DNA of 64,000 nucleotides, from the NCBI RefSeq assembly GCF_009914755.1, contig NC_060926.1, one strand, 5' to 3'. This DNA comes from the human T2T-CHM13v2.0 reference genome, Homo sapiens. The notes under the pieces are model-generated. The model was not told the origin of the DNA. It saw nothing but the letters and a program-made list of their open reading frames with translations, and ran no database searches. A program made the translations under genes and the position numbers. Numbering within the stretch: position 1 is the stretch's first letter; each line of letters begins with the position of its first letter. Of this stretch, positions 13,165 through 27,469 are shown piece after piece.

Positions 13165-14068
13165 CATTTTTTCTACCCATTGAGTTGTGATACACATGTG
13201 TAACAGTGCAAATATCACAAGTGTACAGCTCAATAAATTTCCAAAAGCTGAATACACCTGCATAACCACAGCTCAAATTGTTATTAAAAAAGGGAAGTGC
13301 TAAATAATACCAGCCCTTAGCACATACATACCTCCCGAAAGTTACCATACTCCTAATTTGTGGTATTGTGGATTAGTTAATGGATTAGTTTTGTTGTGGG
13401 AAATATATGTAGATATGTGTGAAATCATGGACATAGAGTATGTCTAAATTTATTTCCCAACATTGTTTTAAAATTCACCTGCAATATTAAAAGAGGTTTA
13501 TAGCCCATTTAATCTTGTTGTGTCATATTTCATTTGGTATATATTCCACAGTGCATTTATGCTAATGAACATCTGGGTGGTTTCAGATTCAGGACTATTA
13601 TAAATAGTGCTGCTATGAACATTTTAGTACATGTCTTTTAGAAAACATAGGTTTTTTTGGGGGGTACAGTGGAATTTCTGGGCCATAGATTATGCTTATG
13701 TTAAATGCTAGTAGAAGCTGCCAAATAAGCAGGGCTTCAGAATTTAACTTATTCTATATTCTTGTCAATACTTATTACTTTCTATTACTATAATTTTAGC
13801 CATCCCAGCCTGTATGTTCATGTTATTTTGGATTCCAACTTTCATTTTTCTGATGGCTGATAAAGCTGAGCAACTTTTAATATATTTATTAAATATTTGA
13901 ATATACCCTTTTAAAAATTATCTGCTCAGGCCTTTTGTTCATTTTTCTGTTTTGTTTCTTGTTTTGTAAAATTGGTTTTGGGTTCTTGATGTAATTTTAT
14001 AGAAGTCCTCAGTTGAATATGTGTGGCATGAATGTCTTCTCCAACTATCTGGGTTTCCTTTTTATTCT
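13165..14068 (-). mobile_element. Old L1M (L1ME/MD-like) 3' end, left part
   Basis: aagtgtacagctcaataaatt, aaatagtgctgctatgaacatt; resumes after the L1MA insertion. Confidence 0.75.
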
Positions 14069-17000
14069 TTTTTTTTTAAAAAAAAATCTTTTTATTTTTA
14101 ATTATTGTGGGTACATAGTAGGTGTATATATTTATGGGGTACATGAGATGTTTTGATGCAGGCATGTAATATGAAATAATCACATCACGGAAAATAGGAC
14201 ATCCGTCCCTTCAAGCATTTATCCATCCTTTGAGTTACAAACAATGTAATATCATTCCTTTAGTTATTTTAAAATGAACAATTAAATTATTATTAACTAT
14301 AGTCACTCTGTTATATTATCAAATAGTAGGTCTTATTCATTCTTTTTAAGTTTTTGCCCCTATTAACCTTGCTCACTTTTCCACCAATCCCACACTACCC
14401 TACCCAGCCTGCACTCTCTACGTCCTTCTGCTCTCTATGTCCATGAGGTCAATTGTTTTAATTTTTAGATCCCACAGATAAGTGAGAACACACGATGTTT
14501 GTCTTTCTGTGCCTGGCTTATTTCACTTAACAAAATGTTTTTTGAAGAACATCCAAACTATTATTCATAGTGGTTGTACAAATTTGCATTCTTACAAATT
14601 TACATTCTTACCAACAGTGTGCAAGTGTTCCCTTTTCTCCACATCCTCATCAGTATTAGTTATTGCCTGTCTTTTGGATAAAAGGCATTTTAACTGGGGT
14701 GATATGATATCTCATTATAGTTTTGATTTGCATTTCTCTGATGATCAGTGATGTTGAGCACCTTTTTATATGCCTGTTTGCCATTTGGATGTCTTCTTCT
14801 CTTGATAAATGTTTATGCAAATCTTTGCCCACTTTTTATCAGATTATTAAATTTTTCCCTATAGTGTTGTTTAAGCTGTTTATATATTCTGGCTGTCAAT
14901 CCCTTGTCAGATGGATGGTTTGTGAATATTTTCCCCCATTCTGTGGGTTTATTTAAGCAAATAATAACTTTGTTTATTGTTTCCTTTGCTGTGCAGAAGC
15001 TTTTTAAAGTGATGTGATCCCATTTGTTCATTTGTGCTTTGGTTGCCTATGCTTGTGAAGTATTGCTCAAGAAATTTTTGCTCAGACCAATGTCCTGGAG
15101 ATATTCCCCCAGTGTTTTCTTGTAGTTCTTTCATAGGCTGAGGTCATAAATTTAAGCCTTCAATCCATTTTGATTTGATTTTTGAATTTGGTGAGAGATG
15201 GGGTCCTGTTTAATTCTTCTGCATATGGATATCTAGTTTCCCCAGCACCATTTATTAAAGAGACTGTCTTTTCTTCAGTGCAGGTTATTGGCACCTTTGT
15301 GGAAAATGAGTTCATTGTAGATATGTGGATTTGTTTCTGGGTTCTCTATTCTGTTCCATTGTTCTATGTGTCTGTTTTTATGACAGTATCATGTTGTTTT
15401 AGTTACTATAACTCTGTCACATAATTTGAAGTCAGGTAATGCCATTCCTCCAGTTTTGTTTTTTGCTTAGGATAGTTTTGGCTATTCTGAGACTTTTGTG
15501 GTTCCATATACATTTTAGTATTTTTTTTTTTCTATTTCTGTGAAGAATGTCATTGGTATCTTGATAGGAATTGCATTGAATTTGTAGATTGCCTTGGGTA
15601 GTATAGACATTTTAACAATATTGATTCTTCCAATTCATGAACATAGAATATTATTCCATTTTTTGGTGTCCCCTTCAACTTCTGTCATCAGTATTTTACA
15701 GTTTTAATTGTAGAGGTCTTTTATTTCTTTGGTTAACTTAATTTCTAGTATTTAATTTTATGTGTGGCTATTTTAAATGGGATTAGTTTTTAAATTTCTT
15801 TTTCAGATTGTCCACTGTTGGGATATAGAAATGCTACTGATTTTTGTATTTGGTACAGTATCCTGCAACTTTAATAAATTTGTTTATCAGTTCTAATAGT
15901 TTTCTTGTGTAATCTTTAGGTTTTTCCAAATATAAGATCATATAATCTGCAAACAAGGATAATTTGACTTCTTTCAAATTTGATGCCTTTTATTTCTTTT
16001 GTCTGAATTACTCTTTCTAAAACTTCCAGGACTATGTTGAATAACAGTGATGAAAGTGAGCATCCTTGTCATGTTCCAGATATTAGAGGAAAGGCTTTCA
16101 GGTTTTCCCCATTCAGTATGATACTAGCTGTGGGTGTGCCATATATAGCTTTTATCATATTGACATATGTTCCTTCTATACCCAATTTTTTGAGGGCTTT
16201 AACATCAAGGGATGTTTAATTTTATCAAATGCTCTTTCAGCAATAATTGAACACATCATATGGTTTTTATCCTTCATTCTGTTGATATGATGTATCACTT
16301 TGACTAATTTGCAAATGTTGAAGCATCTTTGCATCCCAGGGATAAATCCCATTTGGTCATGTTGAATGTTCTTTCTAATGTATTGTTGTATTTGGTTTGC
16401 TAGTATTTTGTTGAGGATTACAGCTTCAATATTCATCAGATATTGGCTTGGAGTTTTCTTTTTTTTTGATGTGTGTTTGTTAGGTTTTGGTATCAGGGTA
16501 ATACTTGCCTTATAGAATGAGTTTGGAAATATTCTGTCCTTCTCTATTTTTTAGAATAGTTGGGTAGGGTTAATATTAGTTCTCTTTAAGATTTTGGTAG
16601 AATTCAGCAGTGAAACCATTGAGTCCTAGGCTTTTCTTTACTGGGAGACTTTGTTATCCCTTCGATCTCATTACTAGCCATTGGTATATTCAGGTTTCAG
16701 AGTTCTTCATGGTTCAATCTTTCTGGTTGTATATTTCTAATTATTTATCTAATTCTCATTGATTTTCCAATTTGTTGACATATAGTTGCTCATAGTAACC
16801 ACTAATGATCCTTTGCATATCTGTGATATCAGTTGCAATGTCTCCTTTTTCTCTCTGTTTTCAACTCTGATTTTATTTATTTGTATTTTTTCTCTTTTTT
16901 TTTTTAGTTTGGCTAAAGGTTTGTTAATATTGTTTAATGTTTCAAAAAAACAAAATTTTGTTTTATCGATCTTTTGTACTTTCAATTTTATTTATTTCTG

Positions 17001-20000
17001 CCCTGGTCTTTATTATTTATTTTCTTCTCATAATTTTGGGATTTGGTTTGCTCTCTTTTTTAAGTTCTTTAAGGCGTATCATTAGATTGTTTATTTAAAG
17101 TTTCTCCCCCTCTTTGATGTAGGCACTTATAACTCTAAGCTTCCCTCCGAGTATTGCTTTTGCTGTATCCCATAGGTTTTGGTATGTTGTGTGTCTATCA
17201 TCATTTGTTTCAAGAAATATTTCCGTTTTCTTCTTAATTTCTTCATTGACCCACTGGTCGTTCAGGAGCATATTGTCTAATTTCTATGTATTTGTATAGT
17301 TTCCAAAATTCCTCCTGTTATTAATTGCTAGTTTCATTCCATGGTGGTCAGAGTAGACACTTGATATTATTTCATTTTTTGAATGATTTAAGACTTCTTT
17401 TGTGACCTAACACATAGTATATCCTTGAGAATGATCCATGTGCTAAGAAAAAGAATGTGTATTCTGCAGTCATTGGATAAAATATTCTGTAAATATCTAT
17501 TAGATCCATTTGGTCAATAGTGCAGATTAAGTCCAATGTTTCTATATTGATTTTCTGTCTGAAAGATCTGTTTAATGCTGAGTGTGGGGTGTTGAAGACT
17601 CCAACTATTATTGTATTTTGGTTTATATCTCTCTTAAGCTCTGATAATGTATGCTTTATATATCTGAGTGCTCCAGTGTTGGGTGCATATATATTTAAGA
17701 TTGTTATATCCTCTTGCTGAATTGACCCCTTTATCATTATATAGTACCTTTGTTTGTCTCTTCTTATAGTTTTTGTCTTGGAAACTAATTTGTCTTATAT
17801 AAGTATAGCTACTCCTGCTCTTTTTTGGTTTCCATTGGCATGGAATATCTTTTTCCATTTATTTACTTTTAGTCCATATGTGCCTTTTTAGATGCAGTGT
17901 ATTTCTTGCAGGTGACAGATCAACAGGTCTTGTTTTTCTCATCCATTCACCCCATATTTTGTCTTTTGATTGCAGAGTTTAGTCCATTTACATTCAGTGT
18001 TATTATGAACAAGTAAGGACTTCTTTCTGCTGTTTTGTTACTCGTTTTCTGGTAGTTTGGTCTTCATTATTTTCTTCCTGTCATTCATTAATGGAGATAA
18101 TTTTCTCTGGTGATATGATTTAATTTCTCACGTTTTATTTTTTGTGTATCCATTGCATGTTTTTTGGTTTGAGGTTGCCATGAGGCTTTCAGATACTATG
18201 TGATAACACATTATTTTAACCTTGTGACAACTTAACACTATTTGTATGAACAAACAAGCAAAAAGAGAACTATAAAAACTATATGCCTTAATTTCATCCC
18301 CCCACTTTTTAACTTTTATTTCTGTTTCTATTTTATTGTACTGTCTATAACTTGAAAAGTCATTGTAGTTATTATTTTTGATTGGTTCATTGTTTTGTCT
18401 TTCTACTTATGATAAGTGTAGTTTACACACCAGTTACAGTGTTAATAATATTCTGTGTTTTTCTGTGTACTTAGCATAACCAATAAGTTTTGTACCTTCA
18501 GGTGATTATTTATTGCTCATTAATGTCCTTTTCTGTCTGATTAAAGTACTCCCTTTAGTATTTCTTGCAGGATAGGCCTGGTGTTGATAAAATCTCTCAG
18601 CTTTTGTTTGTCTGGGAAAGTTTTCATTTCTCCTTCATATGTGAAGGATATCTTTGCTAGATATAATATTGTAAGGTAAAGTTTTTTTTTTTTTTTACTT
18701 TAGTACTTTAAATATGTCATGTCATTCTCTCCTGGCCTGTAAGGTTTCCACTGAAAAGTATTTTTCCAGAGGTATTGGAAATCCGTTATATGTTATTTAT
18801 TTCTTTTCTCTTATTGCTTTTAATATCCTTTCTTTATCCTTGACCTTTGGGAGTTTGATTATTAAATGCCTTGAGATAGTCTTCTTTGGGTGAAATCTGC
18901 TTGGTGTTCTATAACCTTCTTGCAGATATTGATATCTATCTCTAGATTTGGGGAGTTCTCTGTTATTCCTTTGAATAAACTTTCTACCTTCATCTCTTTC
19001 ACTACCTCATCTTTGAAGCCACCTTTAAGGCCTTAAATTTGCCCTTCTGAGGCTATTTTCTAGATTCTGTAGGCATGCTTCATTGCTTTTCGTTCTTTTT
19101 GCCTTAACCTCCTATGTGTATTTGAAAATAGCCTGTCTTCAAGCTCAGTAGTTCTTTCTTCTGCCTTATTGATGTTGCCATTAAAAGACTGAGGCATTCT
19201 TCAGTATGCCAATTGCATTCTTTTCACTCCAGAATTTCTGCTTGATGCTTTATAATTATTTCAATCTTTTTTTTTTTTTCAGTTTGTCTGGTGGAATTCT
19301 GAATTCTTTGAATTCAGAATTCTGTGTTATCTTGAATTTCTTTGAGTTTCTTCAACACAGCTATTTTGAAGCCTCTGTCTGAAGGATTGCATATTTCTGT
19401 TTTGCTTGGATTGGGCCCTGCTGGCTTATTATTTTATTTGGTGAGTTTATGTTTTCCTGTATGGTATTGATGCTAGTAGTTGCTCCTTAATGTTGAATGT
19501 TGAAGGGTTAGTCATTTATTGTAGTCTTCACTGCCTAGGTTTGTATGTACCTGTCCTTCTTGGGAAAGCTTTTCAGATATTTGAAAGGACTTGAGTGTTG
19601 TGAACTAAGCTGTTTGTGCTTTAGGAGGCACCCCAAGCCCAGTAATGCTCTGGTTCTTGCAACCTTGCAGAGGTACCATCTTGATAGTCTTTGACAGGAT
19701 CTGGGAGAAGTCTCTGGATTACCAGGCAGAGACTCTTGTTCTCTTTCTGTGCTTTCTGCCAAACAAACAACATCTCTTTGTCCCTTTACTGAGCCACCTA
19801 AAGCTGCAGGTGAAATGGCAAAAGCTCTCCTGTGGTCTCCACCACTAGGACTGTGCTGAGTTAGACCTATAGCCAGCACAGCACTTGTCCTCACCCAAGA
19901 TCTGCTGTAAACCACGCCTTGACTACTACCTATGTTTGCTCAGGGCGTTGGAGCTCTACAATGAGAATGTGTCACAGCCAGCTAGGCCTGTGTCTCTCTC

Positions 20001-21383
20001 TTCAAGGTGGTGAGTACCCCAAGGTCCCATGTGGGTCCAGAGGTCCTGTGTGGGAGTCAGGGGCTAGAGTCAAAAAACTTAGAAGTCTACCTGGTATTCT
20101 ATTGTAGTGCAGCTGAGTTGGTGCTCAAACCACAAGATGCAGTTTTTAGCACTCTTCACTCCCCTTTCTAAAGGCAGGGGAGGCTTATCTGGTAGCCACT
20201 GCCACCACAGGCCACAGGGAGTACTGCCAGACTACCACCAATATTTCCCTAAGGCCCAAGGTCTCTTAAGTTAGCACCTGGGACTCACCCTTTGGGACAG
20301 TGGGCTCCCCTCTGGCCCAGGGCAGGTCCAGAAATGCCATCTGAGTCAAGTTCTGGAATAGAGAACGCCAAGAGCCTGCTTGGTGCTCTACTTTCCTGTG
20401 TCCATGCAGGTACTTGAAGGCAGCCCATCTCAGAGGCTTACTTAAGGCCCTTGATGTAGTACCTGGGTATTACTTCTGGTTATTCAGGGCCCAAGGGCTC
20501 TTCAGTTAGTAGGCGATGAATGCTGCCAGGACTGTTTCCTTCCCTTCAAGGCAGTGTAGGTGCCCTTCTGGCACAGGGTGTGTCTAGGAATGCCCTGAAT
20601 TCCAGGAGCTCAGACCTGGAATAAGGGCTTCACATCTCAACTGGTGTCTTATCCTGCTGTGGCTGAGTTGGTATCCAAGATGCAAGATAATGCCCTCCCC
20701 ACTCTTTCCTCTCCTCTCCTCAAGTGGAAAGACGGGTCCTCTTTTGAAGCCTTGAGCTGTGCAGCCTGGGATTAGGGGAAGAGTGATGCTAAGTCTTCCG
20801 TAGCTGCCCCGGCTGGTCTCTTAGTAGGTCGAGTGCCCCCCATCCACAGTCTGCGGGCCCAGTTCAACACTAGGACTCACCTAAGAGCTACAGTCCTTCT
20901 GTACTGCCTTTCAAGGTTTCTTCAAGACCCAGAGCACTTTGGTCCTTGGTGGTAAGGTTTGCAGGAACTTAAATTCCAACAGCTAGGATCTGGGGATTTC
21001 CCTCTGGCTAGGACTGGTTTAAATGCTCCCTCCATGGGCGGTTGTTAGGTTAGTTTGGTCTGGTTTTCCTTTTTCCTCTATTAGGACAGCACTGAGTTTA
21101 ATGCCTCATAATTGCTGTGCTCTCCTTCCCCCAGCACCCATAGATGCTGTCTGCACCATGCAGCCCCTGCTGGGGGTTGGGGAAGGGATGGCACCTGCAA
21201 TTCAATACTTTTTCTCTATCTTTTCAGTGCCTCTTTCAGTGATAGGAAGATAAAACTAGGTACTAAGAGGGCTCCCCTGATTTTTAGTTCTCATGAAGAT
21301 GTTTTTTCAATGTAGATAGTTGTTAAATTGGTGCGGGGGTTACAATTAATGGATCCTTCTTTTCTGACTCTTGTTCTACCATG
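14069..21383 (-). mobile_element. Full-length decayed L1MA1-3-type LINE-1
   Basis: 3' end gtgggtacatagtaggtgtatatatttatggggtacatgag; ORF2 remnants (EN IKGSIQQEDITILNIYAPNTGA at 17372-17737, [13 protein letters not shown] at 16176-16436); GC-richer 5'UTR about 19550-21380; TSD cctttttattct at 14057-14068 and 21384-21395. Confidence 0.93.
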
Positions 21384-21700
21384 CCTTTTTATTCTCGATG
21401 GTCTCTTTTGATAAACAGAAGTAGCATAAATTTAGAATTTCTTAAAGTCATTGTTAGTGTTTTTTATATCTTGTTTAAAAATCTTTATTTACTTCAAGCT
21501 GCAAAGATGTTCCCTGTTTCTCTCTATTTCATTGTTTTACTTTTCACATTTAAACCTGAAAACCATATAGAAGTGGAACGGATATGTGTGTATGTGTATG
21601 GCATGTGAAGTAAGAGGTCAAGATATTTCCCTGCTCCTCTAATGGAAATGAATTGCCGTAGACCAAGTTTCTAAAGAGGCTACCTTTTCCCCTGTACATT
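21384..21700 (-). mobile_element. Old L1M, right part (continuation of 13165-14068)
   Basis: Antisense ORF2-like tcttttgataaacagaag, ttgttttacttttcacattta starting at the TSD. Confidence 0.65.
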
Positions 21701-24173
21701 GTAGTCTTTTAGCGTGACATTTTTAGAGAAATTTTCAAAAGAATGAAATGTTTAAGGTATAAATTATTACCTTTCTTATTGATATACAAACTTTTCTTTG
21801 ACTTATACTAAATTTTAGATTGCAATTTTTAAAACAGTTTGCTAACAGTCTAAAATTTTAAGAAATTTTAAAACTAGGAGTGTCAGAGTATTGTTGAATT
21901 GTTTAGAAACCAAGCATCCTTCCTTTCTCAAACAAATGCAGTCTACTAATGCATCACTTTTCCTCCAATTAATTAAAAAAATCCCCTTAGTTTGCCTTTC
22001 TAGCTCACAGAAGAGCTGTTTCCTTTATCAGAAGCAGAAAAATTGATAAATATATAAGTATCAATGTTAGGCCCTTGAGAGCATAAAATTCATCATGTCT
22101 GTTTTCTCCATCAGAAAGAAAAGCGTGCTTTTCAGATGCCCCCTCTCTTAATTTTCTTTATTGGATTCTATAGGTTCATACACATATATTTACAAAAGGT
22201 ACTCTTTAGTGTTTTAAAAGTCTCAGACAAAAATGGACTATTGGCTTTCAGTCCACTAACTATTCTAGGCAAAATATTTCTTTCACAAAACACCGTGTTC
22301 CTGTGATTAGAAAAAATATTCTGAACTATATAAAATATTTTAAGAATAAATATATTCTATTTCTATATATGAATAAAATATTTTAATTATATTCAATATA
22401 TGGATATTGAATGAACTTTATTCTATATTTTAAACACTGACAGTTTGTGTCTTTATATATATATATATATTTTTAAACACAGGTAGTCACACACAAACAC
22501 ATAAAAGACTGTTTTATTCTAGGAGCTTTTAATCAAAATATCCATGTATATATTTAATTATACTTTTATGCACATGCATATTATTTTCTAAGTGTTTATG
22601 TGTCTTCAGAATCTTTTTTAATGTCTTAAACTCTACATTTCTAAGGAAACCTGTCTTTAAAATAGTTTCCTTTACATGACTACCATCACAACATATATGC
22701 GATAAGTGATTTTTTTAGTTCAGTGCTTTAGGGTAAACTTCAAGGTGAAGTCTCTAACTATGTCAATAAAACATTCCTTGCTTTTGTGTTGGATTGTTAT
22801 ATATCAATTTTATCTTAGGCAAAATAGCATATATAAAATGAATTTTAACCTTAAGCTTTCTTCTGGTATAGCCTAAAATTTAAATGTATAAGCTATAGCA
22901 TCAACATATTTAGTAAAAAGCCAATGTAATATTGGCCTAAGACAGTTTTTATCATTAGGCCATGGAGAAATTAATTTACCCAGAGTAAAAGAGTGAAAAA
23001 TGATGCATTGCTTTTTAAGTCACACTTTTCTGTGTTGAAAATTCACAAAAAGAAACTAATGTGTATGAAGGCTGATTGGCAGCCACCTTGACTGTAGACC
23101 CATCAAAAGGTGGAAATAAAGAGCGTAAGATCTAAAGGCACAAAGCCAGTAGCTTTAGTAGTTTAAATGTAGAGAGAAGACACAAAATGAGAACAAAACC
23201 TTCAAGGGCTATGATTTTATCTCTGAAGGTGAGAACCATTTTGCCTGTAGAATTGCAGAGTTCCAGGGACTGAAAGTTGGCCGAGCAGTATGAATGTTCT
23301 GTGGTCTGTAGCAATGGTCAGTTAGCAATATTTTATGAAGTTAACCTCAGAAAGTTTAAGATTAATCAAGTGTGCAAAACACATTGGCGTCACTCCTGGG
23401 ATTGTTAGCAGTCACCTACAACTTTTAAGGCATCACACAGAGGACCATAAAAAAACCATAAATGCTGTAAGCACTTATGTAATCATGGCCATCAGACAAT
23501 GAACACAAGGCTTCTTGGTTGGGCTAGTTATCTGGCTAACGCATTCTAGGCAATTCCCAGTAAGAACTTAAACTTTACAAAGATTCTAATGTCTCCAAGG
23601 CATATTGGTTTGTATTGCGGAAAACTGTAGCTTTCCCAGAAATTTAGCTCATCCAATGGGAAAACCTGAAACTCCTATTGTTGAGTGGTGGATTTTTGTG
23701 TCCTTCTCTCTACCTAGAGATTAAAAACTATCCTGAGTGGCTAGTCCCAAGATTGATTGGAAGATCTAACCAGGACATCAAAGGGTTGCCCAGGAGTCTT
23801 CTGGCTTAGAAACCAGGAAGACATGGCAGATTTTTTTTTTCTAATATGTATTCCAAATTTTCATGAGCTAATATAGGCTTTGAGGTCTTAGGGCATTTTA
23901 TTTGTAACCAAGATGGCTATAAAACTTATTGTTAAGCCATCAGTCGAACTGAAGTCAATCAGAGAAAGTCATATATCTTTTGCAGGAACATTTTGGGGAA
24001 GGAAAATGCTGTTGTTCTGATTGTAATGTTATTTTGAATTTTTTAAATTTTTAATTTATAAAATAACCACACATTTGTTTTAATGATCCCTAAGGCATAA
24101 TATGAAGATAATTGAGCATAATTTGAGAAAAGAGAGAAAATAGCATGAATGTTTCCAAATTTATTCCTTACAG

Positions 24174-24508
24174 CAGCGGTCCCCAACCCCTGGGCCATGG
24201 ACCTGTACTGGTCTGTGGCCTGTTAGGAACTGGGTTGCATAGCAGGGGATGAGGAGGCACAAGGTGTTACCGCCTGAGCTCCACCTCTCATCAGCTCAGT
24301 GGTGGCATTACATTCTCATTGGAGCATGAACTCTATTGTGAACTGGGCTTGTGAGGGATCTAGGTTGTGCGTGCCTTATGAGAATCTAATACCTGATGAC
24401 CCGAGGTGGAATAGTTTCATCCCAAAACAATCCCTCACCCCCACCTTCTGTGGAAAAATTGTCTTCTACAAAACCGGTCCCAGGTGTCAAAAAGGTTGGG
24501 GACCAGTG
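24174..24508 (+). mobile_element. MER1B (hAT-Charlie MITE)
   Basis: TIRs cagcggtccccaacc / ggttggggaccagtg; 8-bp TSD (c/t)cttacag; internal ccttatgagaatctaat. Confidence 0.92.
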
Positions 24509-24683
24509 TCTTACAGAATTTTATGTAATTCAACGGCTCAAATATGGTGAATTGCAGCCTAATTCTATTTTTGTGATTTCACCAGATGAAGAAAACACCT
24601 AATCTAGAGCACCTAAAAAAAGTTTCCATGAGAGTTTGCTTAGCTTGGATACTCTAATTTTTACTATTTTCTCCTCTTCTCAG

Positions 24684-24724
24684 GGAAACAAAGTGTCATA
24701 GTTACGCAAAACATGGCTCCGGAG
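24684..24724 (+). other. Candidate 41-nt exon (unverified)
   Basis: Branch-like ctaat, pyrimidine tract tattttctcctcttctcag, donor GAG|gtaaaa, in apparently non-repeat DNA. Confidence 0.3.
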
Positions 24725-25489
24725 GTAAAAATTCACCATTTATGTGGATCCTAGGTTTTTCTCCAAAGTAACGAATCTTTCATACAATTTAATCCTCTGC
24801 AGGTTACTTTATTCTGTAGAAAATTTCATGGTTATAGAGCAATTTCTAGAATACCCAACTTGAGCAAACATTTTCTAACACCAAAATCCATTTGACCAAA
24901 AAAAAAAAAGTGATGCTAAGCCATGTCATCTCGTTTCCAGCTCTCTCTGAAGTGCTGAATGTATAATCAATAGACCCACCTGGAAACTCACTTTTAGCTG
25001 AGGGACTTCAGAATATCTACTTGTATGCCAGGTGAGAACGCCAAGACAATGCAGTATGAGAAATAAGTTTTTTCTAAAAAAATCTACATTGCAGTGGACA
25101 AGTGACACATGAGGATGGAGAGAGGACAGAAGAGAATATAATTTAGGGGACTACAGAGAAGAAAGAAACAAAAATAGAGGAAAGGAGTTTTGCTTTATCT
25201 TGTGAGGGAAACAAGCATGGACATAAAAACTTTGAGTAAAAAACATGCTACTTGCCTCCATCATATAGGTGTTTATAACAATTGCTTAAAAAGAAACAAC
25301 TATTGGCAGAGAAATTAGTCTTAATGTAATGTCTAAAGTGAAATGTCCATTGCAGAAGTAATAGCAGTTGAAGTACCAACATATACTCCAGTCATCTCTC
25401 TCAGGTACATTCTTGGTTGTGTATAAAGGAATTATTTCAATTATCTTTTCCCCTGATCTTTAGATATTGGTGTTCATATGTAAAATTCC

Positions 25490-25740
25490 TATTCATTTTT
25501 CAAGACCAAATTCTGGTTGATACTTCTCTTGCCTTCACTGGTATAATCCAGATTCTTCTTGCTTAGAGATACTTATACATGTTCTATTATAGTGCTCAAC
25601 ATATTGTGTTATATGTAATTGTAGGTCTCTGTCTTTTTCATGTCTTATATCCTGTCTTCATGTCTTGCTTGTACCTTAGTTTTGAACAGTATGTGGGACA
25701 TTGAGTTGCCCTGTAAGTGATTATTGGATTACTAAATATA
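25490..25740 (+). mobile_element. L2 3' fragment
   Basis: tcctattcatttttcaagacc...aacagtatgtgggacattgagt. Confidence 0.45.
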
Positions 25741-27469
25741 GAGGAAAAAGACTCTTTCTCTAGACTGACACCTGAGTTATAAAATAATTCTCTTCTTGAC
25801 CCAGACTCATTTGTTCAGTCAATGAATATTGATTAAGTACCTAGAATGATCGAGCACACAGCTGCTTCTAGTGTGTTCACCATTGTTATATTTTATTTTT
25901 TTCTCATGTTTCTTTTTTTCCCACGGTTATTTTATTAGCAAATAGGGGATGTTCATTTTTACTTTGTCTTCATATTTATTTACAAGTTTGTAGAACACAA
26001 ATATTTTCAAAAGGAAAATAAAAGCTGCCTAATATATATTTTTTTAAATTGGCATTGGTTTATAGAATTTCCTTGCTATTATCTTCTATGTGTGTGTATA
26101 TATGTGTGCAAATTTGTGTTTGCCTATTTTATCCTGTAGTACTCATAAGAACTGAATCTGCCTATTGTTATAAGGAAGTGTATGGATGTTCTTTTGATAA
26201 GAGTAAAACTTATGTATAAGGGGGAAAAGACACATAGCCATTAATTAATTAATCTATGTATTTACTTATTCAGTAAAGATTTATTGATGTCTTACTATTT
26301 ATATAAGAGCTTAAGCATGCCAAAGACCTGGATTTTGCTCTCAGAGAGCATTTTGATTCTCTGCTACTTCCTCTTTTTGCCAAAATGGGATGTTCAATAA
26401 TTTTGACTACATTTATTTCTTTTCTTATTTGACTACAAACTAATGATCAAGGTCCTTTGAACTTTGCACATCTCTTTGTAAGTGGATAATGCTTATAATT
26501 TATTGTTTCCAAAACACATCCCTGGATGTAACCTTATACCTTCTTTTCAACCATCACTTATAAGGCAAAGCAGAGATTCAAGGAATTCCTGTAAGGAGAG
26601 GGAAGTGCATTCTGTAAACCTTCTGTTATATGTCTATTTGGTAAGAACTTCTTGAATATCCGCAAAAATGCTTGTTGTTTCTGGATATTTACCAAAATAT
26701 TACTGATTTCATAGCATGTTTACCATGGAAATACAGAATCAGCCATTTTTCAGTTTAGTTGAGAAAGTATTTGTAATTCTTAAGCCACTAATTGCATTCA
26801 GTTTTCACTTGGCTTGATTAATGTTCCGTATTGATGACAATCTCAAGAGTAAATTCAGACTTGCTTTGTAATTTCTAAGGGATTTTTTTTTCCATGTAAA
26901 AAATTATCCTGTTATATGTGTTATTGAATGTTGAACCATTCAAATACCTGAGCTGAATGTTTTTTATATTAGTTTATAAGAATTGATTATAACTTGGTAA
27001 TGAGTAAAATTCCGGTTATACAGCAATTCAGTGATTTCAGGTGCCATAAGTCACTTAAACTTTTTGGCCAAAAGATATATATCTCTCCCATTTTAATTCA
27101 ATGAAAACCTTATTTTAGGAACTAAAATTCTATTAAAATGATTTTTGCTTTCTACCATTTTAATTATGTTTAAAATATCTATAAAATTATGGTTGCTTCT
27201 TTGAAAATTATTTGTCCCTGTAGAGCTCCTATCTTTGATAACAGGATCTATAATTCACCCACTATTATTCAAAGAGTCGGATCTGTTATACATCTCTTTG
27301 AAATAAAAATTAATGGCCTGAAAAATTAAGCATCCATTTTCAAGGACTATGAGATTTCAGTCTATGGGATGCCTCTAGCTTTTTAAATGTTATATTGTAA
27401 CATTACTGGCTGTAGGTTTGCAAGAACAAAGTGCCCTTATTAAATATGAAAATATTTTGTTTTTTAGGA

